A DNA stretch of 56,880 nucleotides, taken from positions 1 through 56,880 of IMG/VR virus record IMGVR_UViG_3300032285_002671; one strand, 5' to 3'. Positions 36,357 through 45,385 of this stretch are shown here, in pieces. Source of the stretch: a virus. Lineage: Duplodnaviria > Caudoviricetes. Position 1 is the stretch's first letter. The number at the start of each line of letters is the position of its first letter. The translations under genes and the position numbers were made by a program. The notes beneath the pieces are model-generated. The model was not told the DNA's origin. It did no database searches and saw only the letters and a program-made list of their open reading frames with translations.

Positions 36357-37499
36357 TTAATGACTATCTCCTACGTCATGTTTTTCTCCATAAATTAAAT
36401 AATCTGGATTGATTACTTTAGCTACCAAATGACGATTACCACATACACTTTTAATAACAACACCTTCGTGTGGTACTTTAGTTCCTGGAATACCATCATA
36501 TAAAAATTTAGTTTGCAATTCTTGATACCAAGGTCCAACATATAATTCTTCTACGTGAGGTAAATTAAATACATTTGCAATTACGTGTTTAGTACGAATT
36601 GTATTTTGATACACTCCATCCTCAACAAAGTCAAATCCTGTAAATTGAATATCTTTTAATCCATAATCATAATTCTTTTGAATACCAGGACCATAAATCT
36701 CTCCATATAATATTACTCCATTGCCTATTACTTTTGGTCCGTGTAATTTAACATATGTCCATAACTTATCTTTAATATCATACTTATCAGCAATAGTTCT
36801 CCAAACATCTGTATCATAGAATCCTTGTGAATCGGAACCCTTCTCTACGTTGTGTGAACCATAAACGTATTCATATTCAATCCACTCATCAGCCAACCTG
36901 AAGAACTTCTTTACTTTATCCCAAAATGATAATCCTCTTTTCTTAACAATACCATAACGAGCATTAGTACCATGAATCTTACGGGTGATTTGAACAACAT
37001 CCAACCCACTAATAAACATTCCAGTAACGTTTTTAATGTTAGGGAATTTGTAATACACTCCAAAGTTTGGATTCTGATGATACTTAATCTTACGTCCTGA
37101 TGCTAATTGTACTTGTACAGCTGGTGGTTCGTATTTGAAAATATTCATTACTTCCATCATATCCTTACCTTCTGTGTAAGTATTTATATTACCTTTAGGT
37201 ATATATTTTAAAGGTATAATCAAACACTCAGAATATACTCCTCTTAACTTAACGGTACGTACACGTTGACCTTTACGTAAGTAATTAGTTACATTCATTG
37301 AATCAGATAATTCTTGAGGAATGACAGCATCTGTAGTTGCTACTACAACCAAACCGCCCTCAGAGTATTGTCCTTTTTGTATGATACAATTCCATCCTCC
37401 GATAACTGCTTGTTCGATGTTATCAGCTCCTGGGATTGCTTTAATTTCATTAATTTTTGCTACGTAGCAAACACTATTAGCGTTCTCGAGTTTATTCAT
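36357..37499 (-). CDS. RNA ligase (DRB0094 / Rnl5-like, N-terminal OB fold)
   Basis: IPGADNIE..GW, KLRGVYSE, KIHGTN, GEIYG, EGVV, KVINPDY. Confidence 0.85.
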   Translation of the reverse strand: MNKLENANSVCYVAKINEIKAIPGADNIEQAVIGGWNCIIQKGQYSEGGLVVVATTDAVIPQELSDSMNVTNYLRKGQRVRTVKLRGVYSECLIIPLKYIPKGNINTYTEGKDMMEVMNIFKYEPPAVQVQLASGRKIKYHQNPNFGVYYKFPNIKNVTGMFISGLDVVQITRKIHGTNARYGIVKKRGLSFWDKVKKFFRLADEWIEYEYVYGSHNVEKGSDSQGFYDTDVWRTIADKYDIKDKLWTYVKLHGPKVIGNGVILYGEIYGPGIQKNYDYGLKDIQFTGFDFVEDGVYQNTIRTKHVIANVFNLPHVEELYVGPWYQELQTKFLYDGIPGTKVPHEGVVIKSVCGNRHLVAKVINPDYLIYGEKHDVGDSH

Positions 37500-37510
37500 A
37501 ACTTATATTT

Positions 37511-38269
37511 TTAATATTGAACTACTTCTGTGATATAATCTGTATTTTTATGTGCTGCAAACAAGGCATACTTTCCGTTTTGGTGAAATGTACAATAATA
37601 CGCACACACACCTTTGGTACTAAACTTATTAACATCATTAATACAATGAGGAGTTTTGTAAAATACAACATCGACTGGTTTTGTTAAATCCATATTATGT
37701 GTTCCACAACAATGTTCGCCCGTACTTTCAATCATTACTTGACTACCCGTCTTAATTCTATCCCATTCAATAGGCTTAACTTGCTTGCCGAATATCTTTT
37801 CTAAGACTGGCTTTTGTTCTGGTGTTGCAGCGTTAAACATTTCGTTGATTTCTTCTTGTGAAAAATGAACTGTTTGGTCTAGATTTATTCTTGATAAATA
37901 GTCATTCCTAATTATAGCTTTCCATTTAATACAAGCAATCTTGTGAATTTCTAATAGCTCTTGAGCTGTGATAACTGTTTTCATTTTATTTTCTGTTTTA
38001 GTTTTAACTTCAATACCACAATACTTTAAGAATGTATCTTTATCCCATTCATCAAAATATTCTCTGTTATGGTCGTTGTTGATAGGACCACTTGCATAAT
38101 TTGTTACCATACCTAACGTTCCAAATCGATTATTCACTAATACACAGTCACCATCAAACGGTGATATACTACTCACGGTAAGTAAATTATCAATTAAGAT
38201 TGATTTAATGTCATTAAATTGTGCTTTATTGCAACGCATTGCAATAGGTTTCATTTTACTTTCATTCAT
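37511..38269 (-). CDS. hypothetical protein
   Basis: 252 aa; promoter 38298-38329. Confidence 0.65.
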   Translation of the reverse strand: MNESKMKPIAMRCNKAQFNDIKSILIDNLLTVSSISPFDGDCVLVNNRFGTLGMVTNYASGPINNDHNREYFDEWDKDTFLKYCGIEVKTKTENKMKTVITAQELLEIHKIACIKWKAIIRNDYLSRINLDQTVHFSQEEINEMFNAATPEQKPVLEKIFGKQVKPIEWDRIKTGSQVMIESTGEHCCGTHNMDLTKPVDVVFYKTPHCINDVNKFSTKGVCAYYCTFHQNGKYALFAAHKNTDYITEVVQY

Positions 38270-38345
38270 ATATTTTATTTTTATTAATTTTATAATATAA
38301 AAATATAATGAATTTTATAGGTAGCCAAATCCTTCTTAAAAAAAT

Positions 38346-38732
38346 TTATAATTTAACTTCAAATCTATTTCTCATTTGTTCTAATTTATCATCAGGTACA
38401 CCATGCTCATTAATACCACCATGACGATTCTCTACTATAAGTGAATATACTCTATAACTATATTTCTCGGCTAATTTATAATACACTTCCATTTCCCACT
38501 CCTGGGTAAAGGTGTTTGATACTGTTATTTGATATCCAACTTTCATCCACTCTTCACACTTACGTTGACAATCAGCATGAGCATCTTTTATTTTAGACCC
38601 ATCAAACTTATATTCTTGTGTTTTTGGGTCAACAAAATATTGGTCAGCTTCTAATATAATACCACCTAATGTTTTTGCAAATGTACTTTTACCTGCGCCA
38701 GGTAATCCTCTCAATAATATTAATGTTTTCAT
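38346..38732 (-). CDS. P-loop polynucleotide kinase-like protein (AAA_33)
   Basis: RGLPGAGKST, EADQYF, VSNTF, HGVP; start MKTLIL. Confidence 0.8.
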   Translation of the reverse strand: MKTLILLRGLPGAGKSTFAKTLGGIILEADQYFVDPKTQEYKFDGSKIKDAHADCQRKCEEWMKVGYQITVSNTFTQEWEMEVYYKLAEKYSYRVYSLIVENRHGGINEHGVPDDKLEQMRNRFEVKL

Positions 38733-39109
38733 TCGTCTAACCACCCTTCTTCTTGTAACATTCTTAAAAATTCTTTAAATTCTTTTTCGCCTTGCTCACA
38801 AACTGCTTCACGTAATTCTTCTAATGCCTCAGGATAATCCTTTAATACGCTTCTCATCCAAGTATCATTATCCCATACATCAGTTTTCCAATCTCCTGGT
38901 ACACGTTTATCAGTAAATTCAATACTAACTGAAAGGAATTCACCACCACTTCCATCTCTATATATCCTCTCGGCTTTAAAGACATATAACTTAGATTCAG
39001 CAACTTTACCAATATAATCAGTTACATCCCAAAATGTTGATTCTGGTTCTTCAATTGAATCTTCTTCACGTTTATACCAAACGCCATTAATTTGTATTCT
39101 ATCTTCCAT
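38729..39109 (-). CDS. hypothetical protein
   Basis: 126 aa ORF in operon. Confidence 0.65.
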   Translation of the reverse strand: MEDRIQINGVWYKREEDSIEEPESTFWDVTDYIGKVAESKLYVFKAERIYRDGSGGEFLSVSIEFTDKRVPGDWKTDVWDNDTWMRSVLKDYPEALEELREAVCEQGEKEFKEFLRMLQEEGWLDE

Positions 39110-39110
39110 T

Positions 39111-39359
39111 TTAATTAATTGTTTCTATTTCATATGTTCCACAAACAACATGTTTATATCCTATTTCATCATAAAAACTAACACATCCATTTTCATTAAC
39201 TCCATGGTGTTCAACAATGTATGAACGTTGTGCTCCTCCTACCTCATAGGTAATTTTATATCTATGTCTAGGCACCATTTCAGCTATCTTTATTATAATT
39301 CCGGTTGCAGCAATAACTAATACAATTATTGCTATAATATGTAATATTTTATTTATCAT
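39111..39359 (-). CDS. membrane-anchored hypothetical protein
   Basis: N-terminal TM helix. Confidence 0.6.
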   Translation of the reverse strand: MINKILHIIAIIVLVIAATGIIIKIAEMVPRHRYKITYEVGGAQRSYIVEHHGVNENGCVSFYDEIGYKHVVCGTYEIETIN

Positions 39360-39360
39360 A

Positions 39361-39912
39361 TTATTTATTTTTTTCTATAATTTCTTTTAATTTTGAAATA
39401 TAATTAGGATCCTCAGCATACCGCTTACCTAAAAAATCAAAATATTCATTTCTAGATAATATTGGTATATAACATGCTGAATATAAAGCGTAATCAATGA
39501 CAGACTGTCTCCAATGTTTAAAAACAGCGTGTCCATCTTCTTCTCCAATATTAGTTGTTGGTCGAGTAGTAGCTACTTTCATTCCAAATAAATTATTATT
39601 TGAACGAAATATATGAGAAGTAAATCCACCTGTCTCTAATACTGCTTGAGCATATACAATATCAGGATACTGTACATTTAATGCTATTAAGTGTTCTTTC
39701 AATTTTTGTGGAGTGAACTTATCATAGTTATTTAAGATAATTACTTTTTCTTCAGGTGATAAATTCTGTAATACATCCCTACCCGATTTAAATCCAAAAT
39801 AATACGATGAACCTGCGCTTAAAACCGCTACTACTGATGTTACGATAATAATACGTCCTAAAACAGAGTGACGTTTAATATCTAATGTTTCGGAATCAAA
39901 TTTATATAACAT
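39361..39912 (-). CDS. membrane-anchored glucosaminidase (GH73-like)
   Basis: AQAVLETG, NNLFGMK, YAEDPNY; promoter 39937-39968. Confidence 0.8.
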   Translation of the reverse strand: MLYKFDSETLDIKRHSVLGRIIIVTSVVAVLSAGSSYYFGFKSGRDVLQNLSPEEKVIILNNYDKFTPQKLKEHLIALNVQYPDIVYAQAVLETGGFTSHIFRSNNNLFGMKVATTRPTTNIGEEDGHAVFKHWRQSVIDYALYSACYIPILSRNEYFDFLGKRYAEDPNYISKLKEIIEKNK

Positions 39913-39978
39913 AACCTTTATTTTAAATTTATAATATAAAAATAAGGAGAACTTTTTAGTTCTCCAAATCTTTCTTAA

Positions 39979-40680
39979 TTACCATCTAGCTCCTTTTAGT
40001 TGGCCTTCTGAAATTTCAGCATTTAAATATAATACAACATTATCTGTTAGTTTCTTTAATGCTTGAGTTTTTTCTTCAATCTCAACTCTTAATTCAGCTC
40101 CGAATTTTTCTAATAAACGTTCTTTGGCTAATTCTTTTAATTCATTAATAGGACGAATTTCATCAGCCCAACGTGCAATTAAATATCTATCAGTACTTGA
40201 TATACTAACACCATAACAATCAAATCCAATTGTTTCAGCATAGTTTTTAGCTTGTTCTTGACTATCAAATAGTAAATCCTTGTTATCTGCTCCTTTTAAA
40301 CGGTTATATTGTCTATTATAAGCATACCATTTTTCAACAATCCCAATAGCAAATGGATCAGGTGATTTATCATCATACCATACTTCTATTTTTGTAAAAT
40401 GACTTTCTTTAACTGAAAATCCGATTTGTTTCATTACTTCTAATGGAATAGGAGTTTTACTATATTTCTTAAAATCAACGTGTGTTGGACATAATGTTTT
40501 GAATATTGTTTCCATTGATTTATTAATATAAGGATATGGAATTGGTGATTCTGCTTTTCGAATAAATTCTAATTGAGAATCCATTCCTAATTCGTTAGCT
40601 AATTCTTTCCATTCATCTAATGCTTCAACTTGAAACATGATGTCATTTAATTCTTCATTTTGATAAATTTGTACAGCCAT
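39979..40680 (-). CDS. hypothetical protein
   Basis: 233 aa; promoter 40699-40730. Confidence 0.7.
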   Translation of the reverse strand: MAVQIYQNEELNDIMFQVEALDEWKELANELGMDSQLEFIRKAESPIPYPYINKSMETIFKTLCPTHVDFKKYSKTPIPLEVMKQIGFSVKESHFTKIEVWYDDKSPDPFAIGIVEKWYAYNRQYNRLKGADNKDLLFDSQEQAKNYAETIGFDCYGVSISSTDRYLIARWADEIRPINELKELAKERLLEKFGAELRVEIEEKTQALKKLTDNVVLYLNAEISEGQLKGARW

Positions 40681-40731
40681 ATTTTTAATTTTACAATATA
40701 AAAATAAAGTAAAATTTTATGGTAGCCAAAT

Positions 40732-41169
40732 CTACTTTAAAGCAGATAATAAAGCTAATTTAATTGCAGATGATAAGGTTGTTTGTTGAAATGGAACCCC
40801 ATCATTTAATTCAAGTAACATAGCATTAGCAGTAGATTTATGTTCACCTGTACCTGTATGTTCTACACCATCTATATTCACTATAACTTTTACTTCAGTT
40901 ATTTTATTGTTTATAGCAAATCCAGCTATACGAAATGCATTTTCAGGAATACCAATATAACTTATATTTACAGTAACGGATTTACCTTTACATAAATCAT
41001 ATCCTCTATCTTGTAATATATCTTCAGTAATTTGTTTTACACCAAATAAAACATTTCTGTCTTCAATTTGCTTAACATCAGCAGTAGTGTAAACAGAATC
41101 TACTGAAACACATTGCCCCATACTAAGTAGAGGCAATGTGAATAGTATTATAAATAAAAGTTTTTTCAT
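40732..41169 (-). CDS. secreted CsgG/TolB-N-like protein
   Basis: Signal peptide; FGVKQITEDIL and QTTLSSAIKLAL parallel LGVTNIALDYL and QSTVGISTRKAL of the CsgG-like protein. Confidence 0.45.
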   Translation of the reverse strand: MKKLLFIILFTLPLLSMGQCVSVDSVYTTADVKQIEDRNVLFGVKQITEDILQDRGYDLCKGKSVTVNISYIGIPENAFRIAGFAINNKITEVKVIVNIDGVEHTGTGEHKSTANAMLLELNDGVPFQQTTLSSAIKLALLSALK

Positions 41170-41525
41170 TAGTTGTTAATAGTACTTGATAATGAATTAC
41201 CATCTTCTTCATCAACTTTTTGGATTAACATCTTATCTCTATCTTCTGAATTAAACCAATAGTCAACTACTTTATTTAAGTTACCTACAAAAGCACCTAA
41301 TAAGATTAGTAACATTTCTTTCCATGATTCTTGAATCACTATATCAAAAAATACAGCCATGTTAATTCCGAATATAATAAAGAAAAACAAGAATAATACA
41401 ATCCCTGTAATTTTCCATCTGTTGTTTTGCATTTGTTGTAACATAAAATAGAATCTATTTTTATCATCTACTTTTACAAACTCAGATTTTGGTTCTAAAC
41501 CTAATACTTCTTTAATTTTTGTCAT
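41169..41525 (-). CDS. two-TM membrane protein (holin-like topology)
   Basis: Two TM helices, LLGAFVG..VVDYWF. Confidence 0.5.
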   Translation of the reverse strand: MTKIKEVLGLEPKSEFVKVDDKNRFYFMLQQMQNNRWKITGIVLFLFFFIIFGINMAVFFDIVIQESWKEMLLILLGAFVGNLNKVVDYWFNSEDRDKMLIQKVDEEDGNSLSSTINN

Positions 41526-41555
41526 AATTGTGTTGTTTATTTGTTATAAATATTG

Positions 41556-42674
41556 TTAATTTGAATAACCCGTTCGTACTATATAAAAATTAGTTGAACC
41601 ACCACTAGTCAATACTCCGGTAGTTGTTGATTGTGTTCCTGTTATAGTTGATCTTAAATCAGATGTAGTAGCTCTGATATTAGTATGTTCTGTTTGTGTA
41701 AGTATTCTATAGTTAGACATAGACCATACTTTTCCATTTCGCTTTTGAATTTGTAAGTAAATATCAGATACAGTAAAATTACTATTTGAATTTAAATCAT
41801 ATCTAAAATAATCAGGACCTACTATAGTACGTTTTGATAATATTAAACTACTATTATCAGAAGCATCTGCTGCTTGAGGTGATGGTATAGATAAAGTATC
41901 TAGCGTTAATTTCCATTCAGTTCCAGCAGGTGATGTCCTTGATATAGAGTAATCTCCAGTTAAGTTAGTCACATAAGATGTATCTAAAGTCCATGCTGAT
42001 GTAGTTACTACACCCAATTCACTTGCTTGTAATGAGTAGCTAGTTTGTCCAGGTCGTTTCCAAACAACTGCTAATCCTTCTCCACCACCATATTCTTGCA
42101 TTCTAGCTTTAAATGTATATTGTGTTCCAGCAGTTAATGTTATGTTTCCATATTGATAACCACTCATACCATGACCGCCGTAATACGATGTTACTAATGT
42201 TCCGTTTATAATTAAATCAGCACCATCATCTGAATTAATACCAAAACTATATGTTCCTGATACAGCAGGAGTAAATGTACCTGATACTTCTGTAGAGAAA
42301 AATTCTCCATTGTTTGGCACTGTCGCTCCAGCGTTTGATATTAATTGCCAATAAGTCCAGTTAAGTGATGTACTTGCTGCTATATTGCCACTCCATCTTA
42401 AAACAGTATTACTATAAGCAGTATTAAAACACTTATCCATTTCTGTTACACTAGTAGGGTAAGCAGCATATTGACCTGTATTTCCGTTTCCGTTATGTGT
42501 TGAATATACTTTAACAGTTGTACTACTTACAGTAGTGTTAGTTCGTTTATAGAGCATCACTCTTATACCATTTACCCCAGTATTATTAATACCATACACT
42601 TTTCCTGTTTGAGAGAAAGTTTGAGCATTAACAATAGATGTTATAAATAAAAATATAAATAATAGTTTTCTCAT
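41556..42674 (-). CDS. secreted PA14-domain plus dockerin-like protein
   Basis: Signal peptide VNA-Q; GTYSFGINSDDGADL, GGHG, EYGGG (PA14); DLNSNSNFTVSD EF-hand-like loop. Confidence 0.75.
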   Translation of the reverse strand: MRKLLFIFLFITSIVNAQTFSQTGKVYGINNTGVNGIRVMLYKRTNTTVSSTTVKVYSTHNGNGNTGQYAAYPTSVTEMDKCFNTAYSNTVLRWSGNIAASTSLNWTYWQLISNAGATVPNNGEFFSTEVSGTFTPAVSGTYSFGINSDDGADLIINGTLVTSYYGGHGMSGYQYGNITLTAGTQYTFKARMQEYGGGEGLAVVWKRPGQTSYSLQASELGVVTTSAWTLDTSYVTNLTGDYSISRTSPAGTEWKLTLDTLSIPSPQAADASDNSSLILSKRTIVGPDYFRYDLNSNSNFTVSDIYLQIQKRNGKVWSMSNYRILTQTEHTNIRATTSDLRSTITGTQSTTTGVLTSGGSTNFYIVRTGYSN

Positions 42675-43918
42675 AACGTTAATTTAGCTCCAAATAATAT
42701 CTGATAATTTACTAATTGTTCTGTTACTGAATATGTTGTTCCTCCTGTTAATCCAAATCTAAACGCTTTTGTTAATTTATAATTCACATTTAAAAATGGT
42801 AATAATAGTGGTTTTGTTTGGAATATACTTTCAGTGTAGTATTTCATATAAGGAACATATACTGCCGCGAGTATAAATACAGCATCAATATTTTTAGTTA
42901 GTTGGCCTTTATACATCCCACCACCGATTGCTACTACTGTTGTTAATGGTTCTTTATTTAACATTCCATACATTGCACCTGCTCCATATAATCCTGTCAC
43001 TTTTTTGACATTGTCTATACGAATAAAAACTAATGTATTACTAAAACTATTAGGTAATATTGATACACTATTTGAAACTAAGTCAATATGTTTTCTAGCT
43101 GTTTTCTGTGTAATCCATGATTTAAATACCGATACATTACCTACCTTAGCATTAACAGTGAAGTCTATGGCTACACCAAGTGAGCGCTTTTTATCGCCGG
43201 TTATTTTGATAAAGCTAGTAGTTAATTTAGCGTCTTGTGCTGCGTCAGCTGCTCGTTGCATACCAACTATATCACCTGTAAGCATAATAGCTGGTTTGTC
43301 TTGTTTTGCTGTTGCTTTACTAGTTGATTTAGTAGAACTTGAAGATTGTTTTTGTTCTTCCTGTTTAGCTTCTTCTTGCTTTTGTTCTTCAGTTTTCTTT
43401 TCTTCAGGTTTAGATGTATTATTACCCTCACTACCACCTGAACTACTTGAACTTCTTGTTGCTGCAGAACCACCTGATACACTATTAGCAACTCCTGAAA
43501 CAGAATTAGTTGCTGTTGATGCTGCTGTAGATGCTGTATTTGAAGCTACATCTGTTATTGATGTTAACATTGAACTTAATGATACAACGTTATTTACAAC
43601 GCTATTAGATACGTTTAATACATTTGTAGTAATAGTTTGAACTCCAATTTGAGCACACGGATTACCTTTACCATAGCTGTTATATACATCATTAGCCCAG
43701 GTATCAAATGAACCATTTTGTAAATCAGATGGAGTGAATGTTTTAACTTGACCATAGTAATTCATTACAATAGGTAAGTTACCATTCAAATCAGATACAT
43801 TAATGCTCTTAACTTCCTTAGTACAAGGATCTATATAAGTGTAAGAGAAAGATTGGCCTTGAGCGGCCAATCCTGATAATATCAGTAATAATAGTAATAT
43901 GTTTTTATACCAACCCAT
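42671..43918 (-). CDS. outer-membrane beta-barrel-like protein with Ser/Thr linker
   Basis: Signal peptide, Cys pair, S/T-rich linker, amphipathic strands ending YQILFGAKLTL. Confidence 0.55.
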   Translation of the reverse strand: MGWYKNILLLLLILSGLAAQGQSFSYTYIDPCTKEVKSINVSDLNGNLPIVMNYYGQVKTFTPSDLQNGSFDTWANDVYNSYGKGNPCAQIGVQTITTNVLNVSNSVVNNVVSLSSMLTSITDVASNTASTAASTATNSVSGVANSVSGGSAATRSSSSSGGSEGNNTSKPEEKKTEEQKQEEAKQEEQKQSSSSTKSTSKATAKQDKPAIMLTGDIVGMQRAADAAQDAKLTTSFIKITGDKKRSLGVAIDFTVNAKVGNVSVFKSWITQKTARKHIDLVSNSVSILPNSFSNTLVFIRIDNVKKVTGLYGAGAMYGMLNKEPLTTVVAIGGGMYKGQLTKNIDAVFILAAVYVPYMKYYTESIFQTKPLLLPFLNVNYKLTKAFRFGLTGGTTYSVTEQLVNYQILFGAKLTL

Positions 43919-44102
43919 TTATGTCTTCTTTAAAATCAAAATAAACATTGTCAATCGGTGTATCTACTCCTTTTATAATATCTATTTGATAATATGCTTT
44001 AATTTCTATAACAACATATAAACATAACGATAGTATAAGAACTACATATAAGTATTTTAAAAATCGTAATAATTCACTAACATTACTTTTCGAAAATACC
44101 AT
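43905..44102 (-). CDS. small membrane protein
   Basis: Single TM; overlaps both neighbours. Confidence 0.5.
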   Translation of the reverse strand: MVFSKSNVSELLRFLKYLYVVLILSLCLYVVIEIKAYYQIDIIKGVDTPIDNVYFDFKEDINGLV

Positions 44103-44820
44103 CTTTAATCATTTTTGAAACAACTCTAGAACATCCTGTTTCTAGAGCTTTTCTTGTTGAAATGCCTACTGTTGATTGCGCAAACTTCATTTCAAGAGAT
44201 TTCAAAAACGATTGACCATATTGTGTAGCTTCACCCATACCAGAACCAACTCTAATTTGTCCTGATTCAGCATCTACAAATCTTACCTGTAAACCTAAAC
44301 GTGTTGTTACTTGTAATTGTTTCTTACCAGCAGCATATGTTTCTTGTTCATCAACTGAGAAATCATATACTTCGATATAAACGAAATACTTAGCTAATTT
44401 AATTTTACCTTTACCATCTAATTTGTTTTCAGTAAAACCTTTTTTACTTGCTTGGAATTGTTTAACCATTTTAAGTTTAATTTCTTCTTTATCTTCAGTA
44501 AACTCAAATCGATTAGTTCCTTCTAAATAATCCAAAGCAATATTTGTTACACCTAATCCAACATTCTTTTCTTTTAATACCGGATACATGTTTAACACGT
44601 TATCATTAATACCAATTGATAAAATTTGGATTGGGATTTGTTTTCCATCATAATCACTAACTGTTTCTATAGATTGTTTCTTTTCAAAATCAGCTTGATA
44701 TGTTTCAGTTCTAGTTGTACCACAGCTTGTCATTGTTAGTATAAGTACTACTGCAGCGAAAAACGATAACCCTATAAATAGAGCCATAGCCACTTGTATT
44801 ATTTTATTTTCCTGTTTCAT
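44083..44820 (-). CDS. CsgG-family lipoprotein (curli-pore-like)
   Basis: Lipobox TSC; TNRFEFTE, YFVY.EVYDF, LGLQVRFVDAESGQI..GSG.GEA. Confidence 0.7.
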   Translation of the reverse strand: MKQENKIIQVAMALFIGLSFFAAVVLILTMTSCGTTRTETYQADFEKKQSIETVSDYDGKQIPIQILSIGINDNVLNMYPVLKEKNVGLGVTNIALDYLEGTNRFEFTEDKEEIKLKMVKQFQASKKGFTENKLDGKGKIKLAKYFVYIEVYDFSVDEQETYAAGKKQLQVTTRLGLQVRFVDAESGQIRVGSGMGEATQYGQSFLKSLEMKFAQSTVGISTRKALETGCSRVVSKMIKDGIFEK

Positions 44821-45058
44821 CTTCTTTCTTTTTACGGCTAAATTTATCTAACGAGTCAGCACCCATACCAGCAATAGTAATAGCAGTTACAGCATATACT
44901 AATTCGGGATTAGGATTGAAATCTTTCTGTGATAATGAGTTAATAGTCATAGTAACACATAAAAATACAGCTCCCATAAGCGCAATAACGGGTTTGATAG
45001 AGGTTGAACCTCTTTCATCTTTAAATAAATCTAATACCCATTGTTTAAAAGTTACCAT
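44804..45058 (-). CDS. two-TM membrane protein
   Basis: KDERG..S.K, two TM helices, DKFS basic tail. Confidence 0.55.
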   Translation of the reverse strand: MVTFKQWVLDLFKDERGSTSIKPVIALMGAVFLCVTMTINSLSQKDFNPNPELVYAVTAITIAGMGADSLDKFSRKKKEDETGK

Positions 45059-45372
45059 GGTGCTTCTTCTTCCTTAGATTTTTCTTCTTTTTTCTTTTCT
45101 TCTTTAGCAGGTTTTTCTATTACTCTTTCTTTAATAATAGTTGTTGGAGCGGCTGATTGTTTTTGTTCGTTATTATTAGATAAATTAATAACTACAGGTG
45201 CTGCGGCTGGTGCTGCTTGTTCTGTTTTAGTTTCTTCTTTAACTTCTGGTTCAGCGTTAAAGAATGTTGTTGTAAACCAAGTACCTGCTCCAAGTACTGC
45301 TGTTGATAATGTACCGATGATAGTCTTCTTAAGACCACCCCATGTACCGTCGTTTGTTGTTTCTTCTGACAT
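45052..45372 (-). CDS. single-TM protein with low-complexity tail
   Basis: TM, APAAAP linker, EK-rich tail ending PW. Confidence 0.6.
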   Translation of the reverse strand: MSEETTNDGTWGGLKKTIIGTLSTAVLGAGTWFTTTFFNAEPEVKEETKTEQAAPAAAPVVINLSNNNEQKQSAAPTTIIKERVIEKPAKEEKKKEEKSKEEEAPW

Positions 45373-45385
45373 AATCTATTTATTT

